NCBI RefSeq assembly: GCF_001949145.1
Contig: NW_019091355.1
Location: forward strand, 1,883,107 to 1,947,106
Direction of reading: 5' to 3'
Origin: Acanthaster planci
Lineage: Eukaryota
DNA: 64,000 bases
This document shows, one piece after another, positions 11,001-23,891 of this stretch. The first letter of the stretch is position 1, and each line of letters begins with the position of its first letter. The notes below the pieces were generated by a model. The model searched no databases, was not told where the DNA came from, and saw only the letters and a list, made by a program, of their open reading frames with translations. Position numbers and translations under genes: made by a program.

Positions 11001-14000
11001 ACCAACCAGTAGTCCCCTAGGGGGTGGTCCCCCAACCAGTGGTCCCCCAGTGGGTGAACAACACCCTCCTGCTTCTGCAGGGATCACCGGTCCGAGGCAG
11101 TACCCACAGCAAAGCGGGTACACGCACCCGCCCCAGCCAGGCCAGTACCAGCAGCCGTCCACCTTTGCGGGGCAGGTTGGTATGGCCCAACCAAAGCCGC
11201 CCTTACAGGGCATGGGCAAGCCCATGCAGCAGATGGGGGTCATGCCACAGCCGAATGGGGGTCAAGCACAGATGGCTACAAACAGCATAATGCAGCAACC
11301 GGTAAGTTAGCAAGGCTGATCCTTGGAATTCTCATGACAGAATCTTTGAAAAAAATTATATCTTTCATCCAGCAGACATGATCCCATACCATGCAATGCG
11401 TCCTTAAATTTTAACCCTCCCAGATCCTGCAAAAGCCGCTAAAATCCTTTGAAAATTCCAGCAACATATGCCCCATTTTGATTGCATCAGAAATCATGAC
11501 TCGAGTTTATTCCTGTCGCAGGGCCCGCAGCCGAGCATGAATAGCCTCAGTGCGTCCATGAATAATCTAAGGGTCCAGCAGGGTGAGACCATGCCCATCA
11601 ACCTACTGCAGCAGAGGCACATTGTGGAGCCCACGCCAGTGGAGCCACCCAAGACTAGACTGAACCCGGAGTACAGCAAGTTGCAGGTCGACCCGGAGTA
11701 AGTGGACTTTCTGTTCAGCACTGAGATTTTTGGTACCACACAGAATGGGATGTGGGAGAATTTACCAGTGCCAACTCGAAGAGAGGATTTGATCAGAACT
11801 TCAGTTAAAATTTCACAAACGTTGTGCCGAAACATGAGCAAGACAGTGCAAAATTTGTGAAGGCCTTTTTGCAGAAAAAAATTGGTAGCACTGGAAAACT
11901 GCTTTAGTGGTCGAAAGGGCTTTGTATCCGCTTTTGTTACTGTCGCAAGTCAAACAAGTTACTAGATCTGACAACACCGTTTGTCTCTTGTTGCCTCCTG
12001 CAGCATCTTCCGTTCCACACTGAACGCTCTTCCCCAGACCCAAAGCCTGCTGCAGAAGTCACGACTGCCATTAGGACTCATCATACATCCCTTCCGGGAC
12101 CTTTCAGTGAGTACTTCACCAGGCTACAACTTCCTAAAGATGGTGGCCTCTCCTGTCAAACAATAAATGTCTTTGTTCGTGTAAGTCTCATCTGCAGGAG
12201 TGTTACAAGTATTAACTCCAAGATCTTACACGACCATCAGTTTCTAAATTCCACATCCTTGAAGTAGTTCTCCGCTGGATGTTCTAGGGGAACGTTCAGT
12301 TGGTATAGGTATAGGTGTCTTTTGTAGCCACTCATAACTCGAACCTCCGCTCTTCGTGCTTTCCAGCATTTGCCTGTGATCCAGTCCAGTGTCATCGTGA
12401 GATGTCGCTCGTGTCGCACCTATATCAACCCCTTTGTCACCATTATTGAGCAGCGACGTTGGAAGTGCAACCTCTGCTATAGGATAAACGAACGTGAGTG
12501 CAGCACACAGCCGCCTTCCAACATCAAAGTTGTCTCAAAGAAGAGTTGTTGGCATGCTTGATTAAAGATGCAGTGCGCAGTAGTGTCTTGAAACGCCGCA
12601 GTGAAATGCCACTTAGAGCACCAGCACTTGTAATATTGTTGCATTTTCTGGTGTCATGTTACACTGCATTATGCGTTGCATTCCGGAGAAGTTTAATTTT
12701 TAAAAAAGACTCCTTTTAGACATGCAGGATGACTTGTTATTGCTTCCTCACAGATGAGAAAACATCACATTTCTTATTTCTGCTTCAATTTTCCAGTACC
12801 AGAGGAGTTCACCTATGACCCAGTTTCTAAGACCTATGGCGCTCCGGAGAGGAGGCCGGAAATCAAGTCCTCTACCATTGAGTTCATTGCACCCTCAGAG
12901 TACATGGTGAGCAATTCAGGAATCCATGAATACGCATAGAAATCTAATTAATAAGCATCGTTTTTTTTTTTTTTATTTGAAGAGAGAAACATGAAAAAAA
13001 TGACTCTGAAGGTTTGAGCAGAGGTACACAGAAGTAGCAACTATTGTTCCAAAATGTAATTGGAAAAATTGACCACAGTAGTCAGAATAGTGCTGCATAA
13101 AAGAAGTGAAAGAAAAATGTAGAAGTTGTAGACATTTCCAAACGTTAGTGACAAATTCAATAATTCAACATGATAGGTTGGAAAACCTCTGACAACTTCG
13201 CATATTTCCAGAATTTCTCTCTTTTTTGGACTATAGTGGCTGCTAAAGATTTCTCAAATAGTCTGAGTCTCTTGATCCAGGAATCAGATGATCACTCATT
13301 GGGCCCCCCCCACCCATTTCTTCCTCCTTTCACCAGTTGAGGCCCCCACAGCCGGCCGTCTACCTCTTTGTCATCGACGTCTCCTTCAGCGCCGTGGAGT
13401 CGGGCTACCTGTCGGTGGCCTGCCAGGGCCTCCTTGACTGCCTGGAGCGCATGCCCGGCGACGCGCGCACCATGATCGGCTTCATCACGTTTGACAGCAC
13501 CTTGCACTTCTACAGTCTGCAGGAGGGCTTGTCTCGGCCCCAGATGCTGGTGGTGTCGGACATCGACGGTGAGTTACAGAGCTACAGTTTCTCCGACGAG
13601 CATTTGAGGTCATCTTAGCCCTTTTATGTGTGCCATTATCATTTGAAAAACTCATTTTCCAGTCTTGAGTTCGGCGTAGAATTTGCCTCCATTTGTTCCT
13701 GGCCCGTCAGGTCCGTGTCTGTCTTCCAACGCCAAGCTACTCCAAATCCCTGTGACACTTGAGGTTTGATAACGCTATGTTCACATTACTTCATTGGTCG
13801 TTTCACACCTTGACGTATCATGGATAGTTGCTGCACCTCGAACTGTTGTATTGTGTGTACAAAGTCTAGGGATGGTACGTCACTTTGTGGTGAAACCGAT
13901 GACTTGCTGCAAATGGGAATACAAGATGCACTTTATGGAAGCTGGAGGTTGGACCAGCTGGAATGATTGTGTTGAGGCTGAATTCTTTTGCGATCCTTAT

Positions 14001-17000
14001 GTCTAGAAGGAGGTCGTTATTTCACTGGTTGGTTTTTCCCTTTGCCTCCAGATATCTTTCTTCCCTGCCCCAATGACTTGCTGGTGAATGTCCACGAAAA
14101 CAAAGAGGTATGCAAGATTTCAAAACAAACGAGAGTTTCTTTTCAAATGATAACATCCCATTATTTATCCGTACCTTTTCCCTTAATGATCTTTTTAAAG
14201 CTAACGTGACGGATTGTTTTTCTCAACAGCCTTTGTTAATGAGATAAATGAAGTTTAACTGTTTGATGAATGACACTGCTGGTTTGATGGGTTCCACAGG
14301 TTAATCCCTGAGATCCGAAGCATTTGTTTATTTTTTTTTTCTCACAGTTGGTGCAAGAGCTCCTCAACCAGCTGCCATCCATGTTTGCCGGCAACAAAAT
14401 CACGCAGACAGCACTGGGACCAGCGCTGCAAGCAGCTCTCAAACTCATGGTGAGAACCTAGGATCCGTTTCAGTCTTCTTGGGGGGAGTGGCTCAAATCT
14501 CAGAAATCTCTCTCCATTCTGTTTCCTCTGGAAAATAGAGTATTTTGGATGAGATGCCATAACTGCGGTGGCGCTGCACCCCCACATGCCGTGAGGGAAA
14601 CACTCCTCGAGAGAGATGCCAGATTACCCCTGCAAAACCTGATCAAAGTATTTTAATGACATTTCATGATGGTCGCTGGTTGTAACTTACTCAGAAAGCC
14701 TAAGAATTAAGATCAACAAAGCATTCCACCAGTAGCCTCTCATGCTATCTTAAAGATGAACCGTGCAAACTAATAAAACATCCAACAAGGCAGTGCTTTA
14801 TCTGAGTTAGAGCCTCCAAACTTTGAAACCCTCTTGGGGAGTGGGGACAGCATGGTATTCTTTAGCTTGATAAATGCATGCATTTGGTAAATTCACAACA
14901 CCCCATCGGTTGAAGAGGCATGTAATGCATACCTACCACCTGTCCACAAGTATTGAACCACCACCGTTAAGGCTTTCTGCTGGCTGAATGATACTAGAGG
15001 GTTATTTTATGGGAATCCGCCTTGAGCAGAAGTACCCCCATATCGGTTGAAAAGAGCCATGTTGGTTGGGAGTGTTCATTTTGTTGGCAGCCACACCACC
15101 AGAACGTGTGCATTACCTAGTCACTCATGAACCAGCAAAGATCAGTTCCGACCAAAGGAGCCACCACTGCTAAGAAAATAGCGCCCTCTCTTGGTCCTCC
15201 TCGAGGCTCATAACAAAGTGGCGTCTGCATCTCCAGCCGGAGGAACTTGTTCCCTGTGTAGCAAGCATGCACGCAAAAAACACTCACTTTGTAAGACATG
15301 TTATTGACAGAGAATTTCCAGTGAGAATGATTTGTCACATGGCAAAGAGCAGAGCTTGCTTTCTTTTGGCCGTGCTGCAGTCACTTTTACGCTAAAAATT
15401 TCACAACTTTTTTGCACATTCGCACGAAAAACAGCCGTCGCTCGGCCTTACTTGCACAGGCCAACCAGCACACACACACATCGTGTATTCTTGCTGAGCT
15501 CGTGGGTCATCCTGTAATTTCCAGGTTTGCAAGTGTGGCATTTTTGTGTCTGCGCTACACCTGACCTGTGTAATTTGGCATGGAGATACATGTATCGGGG
15601 AATTTGGTTTTGAACTGTTTTTGTTTTCACTCTTGGAAATGAAAGGGATGTTTTCTGAACTCACAACGTCTTTTGTCAGATGTGACAGGGGCACTACAAA
15701 AATTTGACACCAATTTATAGAATGATGCCCATGTGAGTGGCTATGGCACCATCTCTGCAGTTCCTGGAGAGAATCTCAAACCATCACGCTGTCGATTCCA
15801 GTTGCGTAATTTTATCATTTTCATTTCTTTTCTCCCTAGAGTCCGACCGGAGGGCGTGTCACCGTTTTCCAGTCGGGGCTACCATCCCTAGGCCAGGGAG
15901 CACTCAAATCCAGGGAGGATCCGAACCAAAGAGCTTCATCCAAGGTGAGTCTTGGATAACTGCTGGAACCATCTCAACAAAGCTCCCATTTGGCATGGTT
16001 GGCCATATTGAATTGAAAGTGAGGTTAACTCTTTTTTATTTTTGCACCTGAGAGCAAAGACAAAAAGCTCTGAAATAAATCTTCATTACAAAATTTAAAA
16101 TTTATAATTAATTATATCTAAATGATTAAAGCCACACTGAAGAAAAACGAATGTGAGGCTTGGAACCCAAAATAGTCTGCAAACCACCCCCATTAACAGA
16201 TCATATGGAATAAGACAACTCCTGAAAACACAATCAAAAATGGCTTCCCAGGAATAAGGTTTATTAAAACTGTTGTTCCTAAGCTAGGAAATCAATTCAA
16301 TTTCTCATTTCAGAATCGGGGTTTCAGCTAGTTTGGTGTCAAATAAATGCCGCTGCACCCCTCTTGCCCAAGCCAAGTCCAAAATACCATCCCTCTGTTC
16401 TAGGGTCGTAGAAAGTGCAAAATTTCCGAGCGTAGCATTTTGAAAAAAGGGTATTAAAAGTCCCCAGTGCAAAGCCCATTGCATTGGTCTCCTGTAATAA
16501 CTGTGCCTTGGTGACTTGCATTTGTGGCAGAGTGTTGCCAATCTGGGACCGGCAGTAGACTTCTACAAGAAGCTGTCCCTGGACTTCTCGGCCCAGCAGA
16601 TTGCCTGCGACATGTTCCTCTTCAGCACCCAGTATACTGATGTGGCCACCTTAGGTAAGAGCTCGTCTGATCATTTGTGTCTGTCGCACTGTGTTTCTAA
16701 AGTCAGTAAAATTTCATGCATTTGAAAGTATTCTAAATGCCAGAATTTTGTGGAAACTGTGAGCACAGACATTGTTCAGGAAAAATAGGTCACTAACCTA
16801 AGTGCTGAGATGCATATTGCTTTATAACTGATGCTCTCCTAATATTGGCTTAGCTTTTTAATTGGCTTCCTAGATTTTCTGCCAAGAAGCTCTATAAAAG
16901 TGATGTGCAGGTATTAGATTTTTGAAAATTTTTAATGGTTACTAGGTTTGTTGTGTGTCTTGAATTATCTGGAAACCTGAATAATTGCTGTCATGGTAAC

Positions 17001-20000
17001 CCTTTTTTTCTTGCCCTGTAGCCGGAGTGGCCAAGTTTTCTGGTGGCAGTCTCTGCTATTACCCAGGATTCCACAGCACTCAGAACCTCGTGGAAGTGGA
17101 GCGGTTCACCAACGACTTCCAGCGATACCTCACAAGGAAGATCGGCTTTGAGGCCGTCATGAGAGTAAGATGCACAAAAGGTGAGTAGAAAAGAAAGACA
17201 ACTTCCAGGAACGTTACCTGTTGATCGCAATCAACATACCGTCTTTTTACCCCAAATATCTCTGCTTAGTCAAAGATATGCCAGGATAACTGGTTTACCT
17301 TCTCCTGAAATAAGATAACCTGTTAAGCATCATGATTTTCTTTATTGTGAAGATTTTTGCGCAGTTAAGCAGAGCTGTGAATTGGTTCACAGGCCACTCT
17401 CAGGGAACTGCTAAACCATGAATCTTGTTGTGTCCAAAATACTCGGCTATGGCTTGAAAGGACACACAACTCTATGGGAAGAGGCTGCAGCCACAGCCGT
17501 AGACTCTTGCATAATTCCAAGCCACAGTCAATCAGTTTTGAATACAGTCTAAGCACCGTTTTCAGCTCCGTTCTTCCATGAAACTAGGCCCAGTTATCCA
17601 AAGACTGACGACGGCAAAGTGAATTGGGGATTGTCATCATCCTCCAGCAATTCGAGGACGTTTTTTTCACCCTCATTTTTTTGGCAGGCCTGAGCATTCA
17701 CACATTCCACGGCAACTTCTTTGTGCGGTCGACGGACCTCCTGTCATTACCCAACATCAACCCGGACGCTGGCTTTGCCATGCAGGTCAGCATAGAGGAG
17801 TCGCTCCATGATTCGCCGGTGGCTGCATTCCAGGCTGCTCTCCTCTACACAAGCAGCAAAGGTAATTCCATTCAATTTTGGATGAAGCGATGAATGCATT
17901 TGAAAGTGAGGCAGTTGGATCTTCTTAATTTTTACACTTGGATAGGGACCATCACAAGTTCACATACCTAAGAAAATCAAGTGTTAAGCAATATGGATGG
18001 CATTGGACTTTTTTCGTGAACTATTCAGGGGAAAGGCGGATCCGTGTTCACACCATGTGCCTGCCAGTGACCAATCAGCTGTCAGAGATCATGGCGGGGG
18101 CAGACCAGCAGGCCATCATAGCCTTGCTCACAAGAATGGGTAAGTGGTCAAACATTGTCAGTCTGCATTTCAAAGATCAGTGGACATTAGTGGTGTATTT
18201 CTTGTTTAACAGCTTTTCTTTGTGTACATCATGCCCAATTTTGTGCACATTCAAATGAAAAGTTCATGTGCACATCCTGTGCCATGTATGAATGAGTTAC
18301 TGCATGCACACAGTGCAAGCCTGATTACTGTCATGAGATACAGCCTCACAGTACTACCAACTCTATCAAGGAGTTCCTGTTTTTTGTCTTGTTGGGATAT
18401 ATTCAGCTGTGGACAAATCGCTGACGTCGACGATGTCCGATGCCCGTGATGCACTTGTCAACGTGTGTGTAGACTCCCTCTCAGCGTTCAAGGCTACGTT
18501 ACCCAGCGGGCAGACTGTCGGCACACTCATGTGTCCCAAGTCACTACGCATGCTGCCCCTGTACACACTGGCCGCTCTGAAAAACGTAAGAGTGATTGTT
18601 TTTTGTTTTCATATATACAGGTTGTTTATTCAGCACCTCAGACAAAACACAATTTCTCTCATTGGAGGATTGCCCTCCACTTTGGTCAGTTTCACCCAAT
18701 CACATTACCGCTTACACGCCCTACAGAATGCCTTCCGTCTGGGGACCAGTACCAGGCTTGATGAGCGGGTGTACTCCATGGAGATGTTTAAGTGCCAGCC
18801 CTTGCATTACGTCATGCTGAAGTTACACCCCAACCTGTACCCTGTACACGGCATGTCTGATGAGGTAGGTCAGATTTTGTGTCGTCTGTAACCCAAACGC
18901 TTTTCTGAGATTGAAAAGCCAGTCTTTTACCTAACTCTGTGCAGGGTCTTGTGCCAGCAAATCTGCTCTGTCTCCCTCCCCCCCCCGCCCGATAAGTAAT
19001 TTTTTTTAATTGAGAAAAAGTTTAGCCTAGCCATTGTTTCTTGCATAAGGCTCAATGTCTGATGAAAGTTCTAGGACAGAGACTACCATTGGTGTCCTGC
19101 ACAGTGGAAGATTTGTGGAGTTAAGGGAGTCAAGTTTGTAGAACTTGAGGTTTCTTAAGGTGTAACTCTCAGGATCTGATCACCTCTGGTCAAAGAGGAC
19201 ACGGCAGAATTTTCAATATTCAAAAACATCTGACTCAGTAGAAGTGGAGTTCACGCCACAAGTCCTTCATTTTTCTTTCTTTTAGCATTACTTACTGTGC
19301 AGGATGCCATGTTTGCCAAACAGCAAATTGTATATCCCGGTTTGTTACCCTAACTTCTTGATGCAGGGCTCCATCCTGGTCAATGACCAGTCAGTCCCCC
19401 AGCCACCCTTGCTTGGCCTGTCCTCAGAGTATGTCAGTCGCAACGGTGCCTACCTGATGGATTGTGGTGACGCCTTGTATCTCTTCATCAATCGGGATGT
19501 GTCCATAGCCTTCTGTATGGAGGTCCTGGACGTGCCCAACTTTCGTTCCATTCCCGAGGGCATGGTGAGTTTCTGTTGTAATAAGATTTCAAATACAGGA
19601 GAAGTGAAGTTTCTTTTCCGCATCCTCCGTGTCATATCTTAATAATACTCAACCTCTTCCTCTGTCCCACAAAAATTGTTCTTAACCCCTTCGTACCGGG
19701 AGACGTCCACAGCTGCGGCTTTGTGTGAGGATTAGTGCATACCACACATACATTCTATTCACCATGCGACTGCTGGTTCAATGGGGCCCGCTGCTGGACA
19801 GAGCTTTGCATACCGCAGCCCAGCAGTCATGGTCAAAAGAATCCCGGGGTTAAGTGAATTTTATGAAAGTTTGGAAAAACTGCAATTATGCAAGGTAACT
19901 GCCACAGCACAGGTGCTTGGTGAACTTCATAGCATTGGTGCTGCATGACCTTCGAGGCATAGGTGCTGGGTGACCTTGATAGCACAGGTGCTTGGTGACC

Positions 20001-21958
20001 CCTGTAGCGTAGGTGCTGCATGACCTTCGAGGCATTGGTGCTGGATAACCTTAATAGTGTACTGTAGGTGCCTGGTGACCTTCACAGCAAAGCTGTTCAG
20101 CATATTTGCATCACTTTCATCAGCTTGATGGACCGTCGTGTCTTTGTTCATTATTTCACTGTCTCAGACGGAGTTACCAGAGCTCGCAAACCCTGCCTCC
20201 GAGAGACTGCGGACGTTCATCCTGTGGCTTCTAGACAAGCGGGCCTACGCTGCACCCCTGCATATCATAAGGTAGGATGACGTCTCTTTTCTCCGATCAC
20301 TCACTTTCCCAACAGCTTCAGTTCTTGAGACTTTTTTTTGGTGAGGACACCGTCTTTATACACAAGGAAGATCATTCGAATTGTATTTATTATTGTAAAG
20401 TTGCACCAGTATTGCAGTAATTCAGGGTGTGTTTACACTGAGTGTGAGTGTAAACGCAATTTGTGTTGCCATGGCAACCATTTCCCATGTAAATTTCCCA
20501 AAAGCCGGCACGGCCAAGCAGCCCTTGCTCAGAAATGTTTTCTCAGAGAGCAAAGTTTCGGATCAAAATTGAACCAAAAGACTTTTAAACTGGACACTGG
20601 CTACCCTTCATTGACACCTCAGTAACAACAGCATCGTCAGGCGTCTGGAAAAGCATGGACAACCTTGAACATTTGAACAAGAGTGGTCTTCAAGATGCTC
20701 CATACCAGATAGATGTCCGCGAGTTGTCATTTCAAATAGCCCAGAAAAAGAGGACATTGTAAAAGTATACATTGATCCATCCATCCATTTCCGCAGTTTT
20801 AAGTCAGGCCAGTTTGCCTAATGTGACTAACATCGCTGGCTCCTGTGTGATCAGGGAAGGACTGACGTGACTAAGTGGCTTCGCGTGCGTGGGTGATTCT
20901 ATAAATTTGGAGTCCAGTGTTGTCCCGCTCAGTTGACACGGTGCTGTAATTTTAGAGCCTTTTAATGCTCTGCGGAGATGGAGGGAGCCGTGAGTTGTTG
21001 TGAAGGTCAGGTGGATGAGAGAGGGGAAGTGATGTACCATCAAAGGGAAAAGGGCCATTAGAGACCTGCCTGGATCTTAAGTCAATCCTGTAATCTGTCG
21101 TTTCCTTCATCAAGACCCTTGGCAAACAAACATGTGTTTCCTAATCCAGCGGCCAGAACAGTCTCTGAATGAGCAGTTAACTCACGACGTAATTTTTTTT
21201 TTGCCTACTTTACTGTATGAAAGCCAAATCTGTCGACTTGAATTCTGTGAACTTTCAAAGATCAATTCAAACCTGCCCATCTGGTGTCGTCATCGCATTA
21301 TGATAAGCTGCAGCTGCTGTCAAAGTCGTTTTCTGTTTCCTTTGCATGGGCTCCAGGTGTCGCACACACTTCCCACTCTGCATTAAGAAGTCAAGTCCAG
21401 AGCGACAAGAAACATCCCAGAATTCTGTTTAATCACTCAAACTTGAATGACACACATCCTGAAGCAACAGGAGGGGATTTGTGGGTATCGAGTCCCACCC
21501 CCTGCCAATTTGTTTTGGCAAGATGAATTTACTTCGTGTGCTTTTCTTTTGTTTTGCTATATTTTTTGGTTTTGTTTTGATACTTGCTTTATCTTTAGTT
21601 GCATCTTTGGTTTTAAATTTTTTTTAATTTTCTGCAATAAATGGGAACGCCATTGTTTTTGTCAACTTTTTTTTTTTTAGTTTTCTCCCTATGGTTTTTC
21701 TTGTTTTTTCCTATTCTTGGAGGTGGTGAAGGGCTCACTCCCATTTAACTGTTCCTTTTTTATTCAAGCTCGGGTAGAGAGGGGTCAGTGGCAATGGTGA
21801 GATGAGATTTGACAGGTTCTCTTTTCTGTGTCACAATCTCATATAGGGAGGACAGCAAAAAGCGAGTGCTTTTCTTGCGGCACCTGGTTCAGGACCGGTC
21901 AGAGTCATCGATGTCATATTATGAGTTCCTCCAACACCTCCAGAAGGAGATCAAGTAG
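2075..21958 (+). CDS. SEC24B: Protein transport protein Sec24A/B-like (COPII inner coat cargo adaptor), multi-exon, complete
   Basis: Exons with GT-AG boundaries and consistent phase: 2075-2174, 3277-3936, [5403-5546 optional], 9831-9932, 10670-11301, 11522-11697, 12004-12106, 12367-12493, 12797-12906, 13337-13568, 14052-14107, 14348-14449, 15840-15944, 16531-16654, 17022-17180, 17688-17861, 18029-18139, 18407-18585, 18727-18864, 19367-19564, 20168-20271, 21847-21958 (TAG). The sum is 3804 nt (1267 aa) without the optional exon. Domains: Pro/Gly/Gln-rich N-terminus, Zn finger ([13 protein letters not shown]...WKCNLC), trunk/vWA ([27 protein letters not shown]), beta-sandwich ([37 protein letters not shown]), helical and gelsolin-like domains, C-terminal [14 protein letters not shown]. 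Motifs match the SEC24A/B subfamily rather than C/D; probably co-orthologous to vertebrate SEC24A and SEC24B. Confidence 0.95.
2442..2883. mobile_element. MITE with about 65-bp terminal inverted repeats in SEC24 intron 1, containing a tRNA-like segment
   Basis: GCTGTTGTTACAGCAGCCGTAACACATCTCCCATTTTCTATCGTTACAGCACTG (about 2445-2498) is the near reverse complement of about 2827-2880. The internal minus strand at 2695-2753 reads TGGCCGAGTGG...GAGTTCAAATC. Confidence 0.7.
5403..5546 (+). CDS. Candidate 144-nt cassette exon of SEC24 ([48 protein letters not shown])
   Basis: AG at 5401-5402 and CAG|GTACTG donor at 5547. Length is a multiple of 3, phase 1-1 like its neighbours, with no stop. It is a GC-rich Ser/Pro island in AT-rich intron, preceded by about 184 nt without any AG (5217-5400). 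Confidence 0.6.
5821..6079. mobile_element. MITE with about 45-bp TIRs (GGG...CCC ends, AAT on both flanks), possibly PIF/Harbinger-derived
   Basis: Left GGGTCATTCCATGAGGTTGGGGCACAATTTGTGATGGTGTC versus right-arm reverse complement GGGTCAACCATGAGATTGGGACACAATTTGCGACGGTGTC. Confidence 0.7.
6405..6770. mobile_element. Fold-back element with about 140-bp inverted arms; partial relative at about 2987-3125
   Basis: TAAGCCTTTTGCGAGTT...CATGATTCAGGGCAAGCTTTTGCTTAG is mirrored by CTAAGCAGAAGCTTGCCCTGAATCATG...AACTTGCAAAAGGCTTA. CATGATTCAGGGCAAGCTTTTGC also occurs at about 2994. Confidence 0.8.
8461..8563. repeat. 12-bp minisatellite (TCACAAGTCCAG/CCT), about 8 copies
   Basis: Directly visible; it produces the repetitive ORFs at 8381-8612. 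Confidence 0.85.
9831..9932 (+). CDS. 102-nt phase-1 SEC24 exon ([34 protein letters not shown]), not in ORF track
   Basis: Strong polypyrimidine tract plus CCAG acceptor and AAG|GTAGTG donor; in frame between the flanking exons. The YDALEGG motif resembles one I recall in the N-terminal region of vertebrate SEC24B. Confidence 0.85.
10780..11052 (+). repeat. Coding minisatellite, about 15-nt unit GGTGGTCCCCCAACA encoding GGPP(T/V/G/M) repeats in SEC24
   Basis: Directly visible tandem units inside exon 10670-11301. Confidence 0.9.
19682..19853. mobile_element. Possible piggyBac-type relic (TTAA-CCCC...GGGG-TTAA)
   Basis: TTAA at 19682 and 19850 flanks CCCC/GGGG ends; the TIR beyond 4 bp is poor. 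Confidence 0.3.
19906..20090. repeat. Degenerate about 25-bp minisatellite (GCAYWGGTGCTKSRTGACCTT..)
   Basis: About 7 diverged units visible in a SEC24 intron. Confidence 0.8.
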
Positions 21959-22211
21959 AGCGAGGAAGCCTTCCACCGTGCCTGGAGACAGGCTGTCCTC
22001 GATTTTGCTGTGATGTAGGGGGGGTCCTCAATGGCCTGGCGGTGAGGGAGGGCGGAATTGTCACATCTGACTTGTTAAAAGTGCCCTTCCCCCTGCCCCA
22101 ACACTCTGAGGTGTCAGTCACAGTGAGTGAAAATGTTGCAAAAATGTCGGGTAAATAAGGCTTGAAGGCTTTGGCCGATTCACTTCCTGGAAATAAGGAG
22201 ACAAACGGCTT

Positions 22212-22394
22212 CAGTGAATCTGCATGGTTGATTGGGGTGGCAGAACGCCAGCAAGTTATTTGGATGCAAATTAAAATCTGACAGAATGTGATTCCCCCTT
22301 CCCCAGTGAATCTGCATGGTTGATTGGGGTGGCAGAACGCCAGCAAGTTATTTGGATGCAAATTAAAATCTGACAGAATGTGATTCCCCTTCCC
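22212..22394 (+). repeat. Near-perfect 92-bp tandem duplication in the presumed SEC24 3' UTR
   Basis: CAGTGAATCTGCATGG...GATTCCCC(C)TTCCC starts at 22212 and 22304; the copies differ only in one C-run length. Confidence 0.95.
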
Positions 22395-23891
22395 CTTCCA
22401 CTTTCCTTAGAGATTGGGAATGTCTTCACTGACTCTGAACACAAATGAAATAATATAATGTTTCGACGGCCTTACTCAGATTTAAACATGAATATTCATT
22501 TGCACAGTTGGCTGACTGTTTTAAGCACGTTGGTGGAGGCAAATGTGTACACGCACAACTTGTTTGGTTCATCGCCGGTGCCACAGACAGAAAAGAAGCT
22601 CAGACACAAACTATAAACAGGCTTCTACAGAGGAGATATGCAAGGGAAAGTAGGAGTAGTGTCTGGACGAGAAATGTTGCACTTCATATGAAATGACTTG
22701 GAATCCTCTACGTATACATGGAGTCGGTACCCAAGTCTGGTAGAGTAAGGCCTCTTCTCCTGCTGTCCAAAGTCAGCAGGAGAACAGAATTACCTCCCCA
22801 GCCCATGTGGTTTTCCTCTCATTCTGCACCACATAATCCACTTTAAATTGGAGTATCATTTTCTGGTACATGAGAGTCAGTGCGCTTGAAATTCTGAAAA
22901 AAAAATCTGCTCTCGGTTATTTTTCTTCCACGCAGCAGGCCTGCAATAAATAGAAAGATCTCCGCAAGCAGAGTTATTCATTTAATTGAATGCCAGTGCA
23001 AAATCTCTACCTGTGCTTGAAATCAATCAAAATCGAAGTGCAAAAATTTGCCAAATTGGTTGAATCTGCAGACTCGTCCATTTCAAAATATCATTTTGTT
23101 GTCGCAAGATTTTCACATGAAAATCATCATATAAACAAAGCTAGAAATATAGTATAGCATACCTTCCTCTAAAACTCCATGTGCAGTGATTCGGGTACGG
23201 CAATTTGTGTGCTGTGGAGCCTGAGGAGTTTTACAAACAGCATTTCATCAAGGACAGATCCAAAAATCCAACCTTTGAAGGCTAAACTTGCTTTACAGAG
23301 GGACCCAAAATGTGGAGGTCTGGTTTTTTAACCTTTTATGACCTCACTGAGAGGTGAGGGTACATGTGTTTATTTTTTTGGGCTTTTTGTGTGTTTGTTT
23401 GGTATGCATCTGGAAGAAAAGGAAATGAAATGCATGGCCTTTTTCGGGGCGGGGGGCAATGGCCCCGTTTGCTGTCCCCCCCCGTCCGCCCTTGGGTGCC
23501 ATTGCCTGACTTTTGAAGTTGAATGAATGTTAAGTGCTCCAGCCCTATAGAACTGATATTGGTGGTCTCCATCATTCAGAAATCCCTCTTAAGAATTGTG
23601 TCATCAGTCAGTCCGAAGCTAGAAGAACATGAAAAGACTTTATCTGATGTAAGATGATCTTCCCAAGGTGATCATTTCGCTTGCAGTTGTTGGCTATGCT
23701 GCCCGCTGTGTTCAGACTTTCTGAATGTGTTCACTCAGTGCCATTGGTTATTTACTGTATGCTTTCAAAGATTTGCCAGAAGGAAAGAGGTGTCCCCGCC
23801 CCCGGATCATGCCCCGAAAGACAACAGTTTTCTTAATACGTACAACTATATATTCAAATCTTTCGGTGTATTATATGTGCATTTCGTGATA

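Noticed and set aside
10601..11290. Multiple overlapping ORFs (WSPN repeats, GDHLL repeats, antisense GGPP)
   Set aside because: These are alternate-frame readings of the 15-nt coding minisatellite; only the GGPP frame joins the flanking exons in phase.
19906..20090. Regularly spaced repeats resembling an array
   Set aside because: A degenerate intronic minisatellite without spacers.
20826..20870. Alternative terminal SEC24 exon (CTAAC branch, CAG acceptor, REGLT*)
   Set aside because: It would delete the conserved C-terminal helix, and nothing beyond a generic acceptor supports it.
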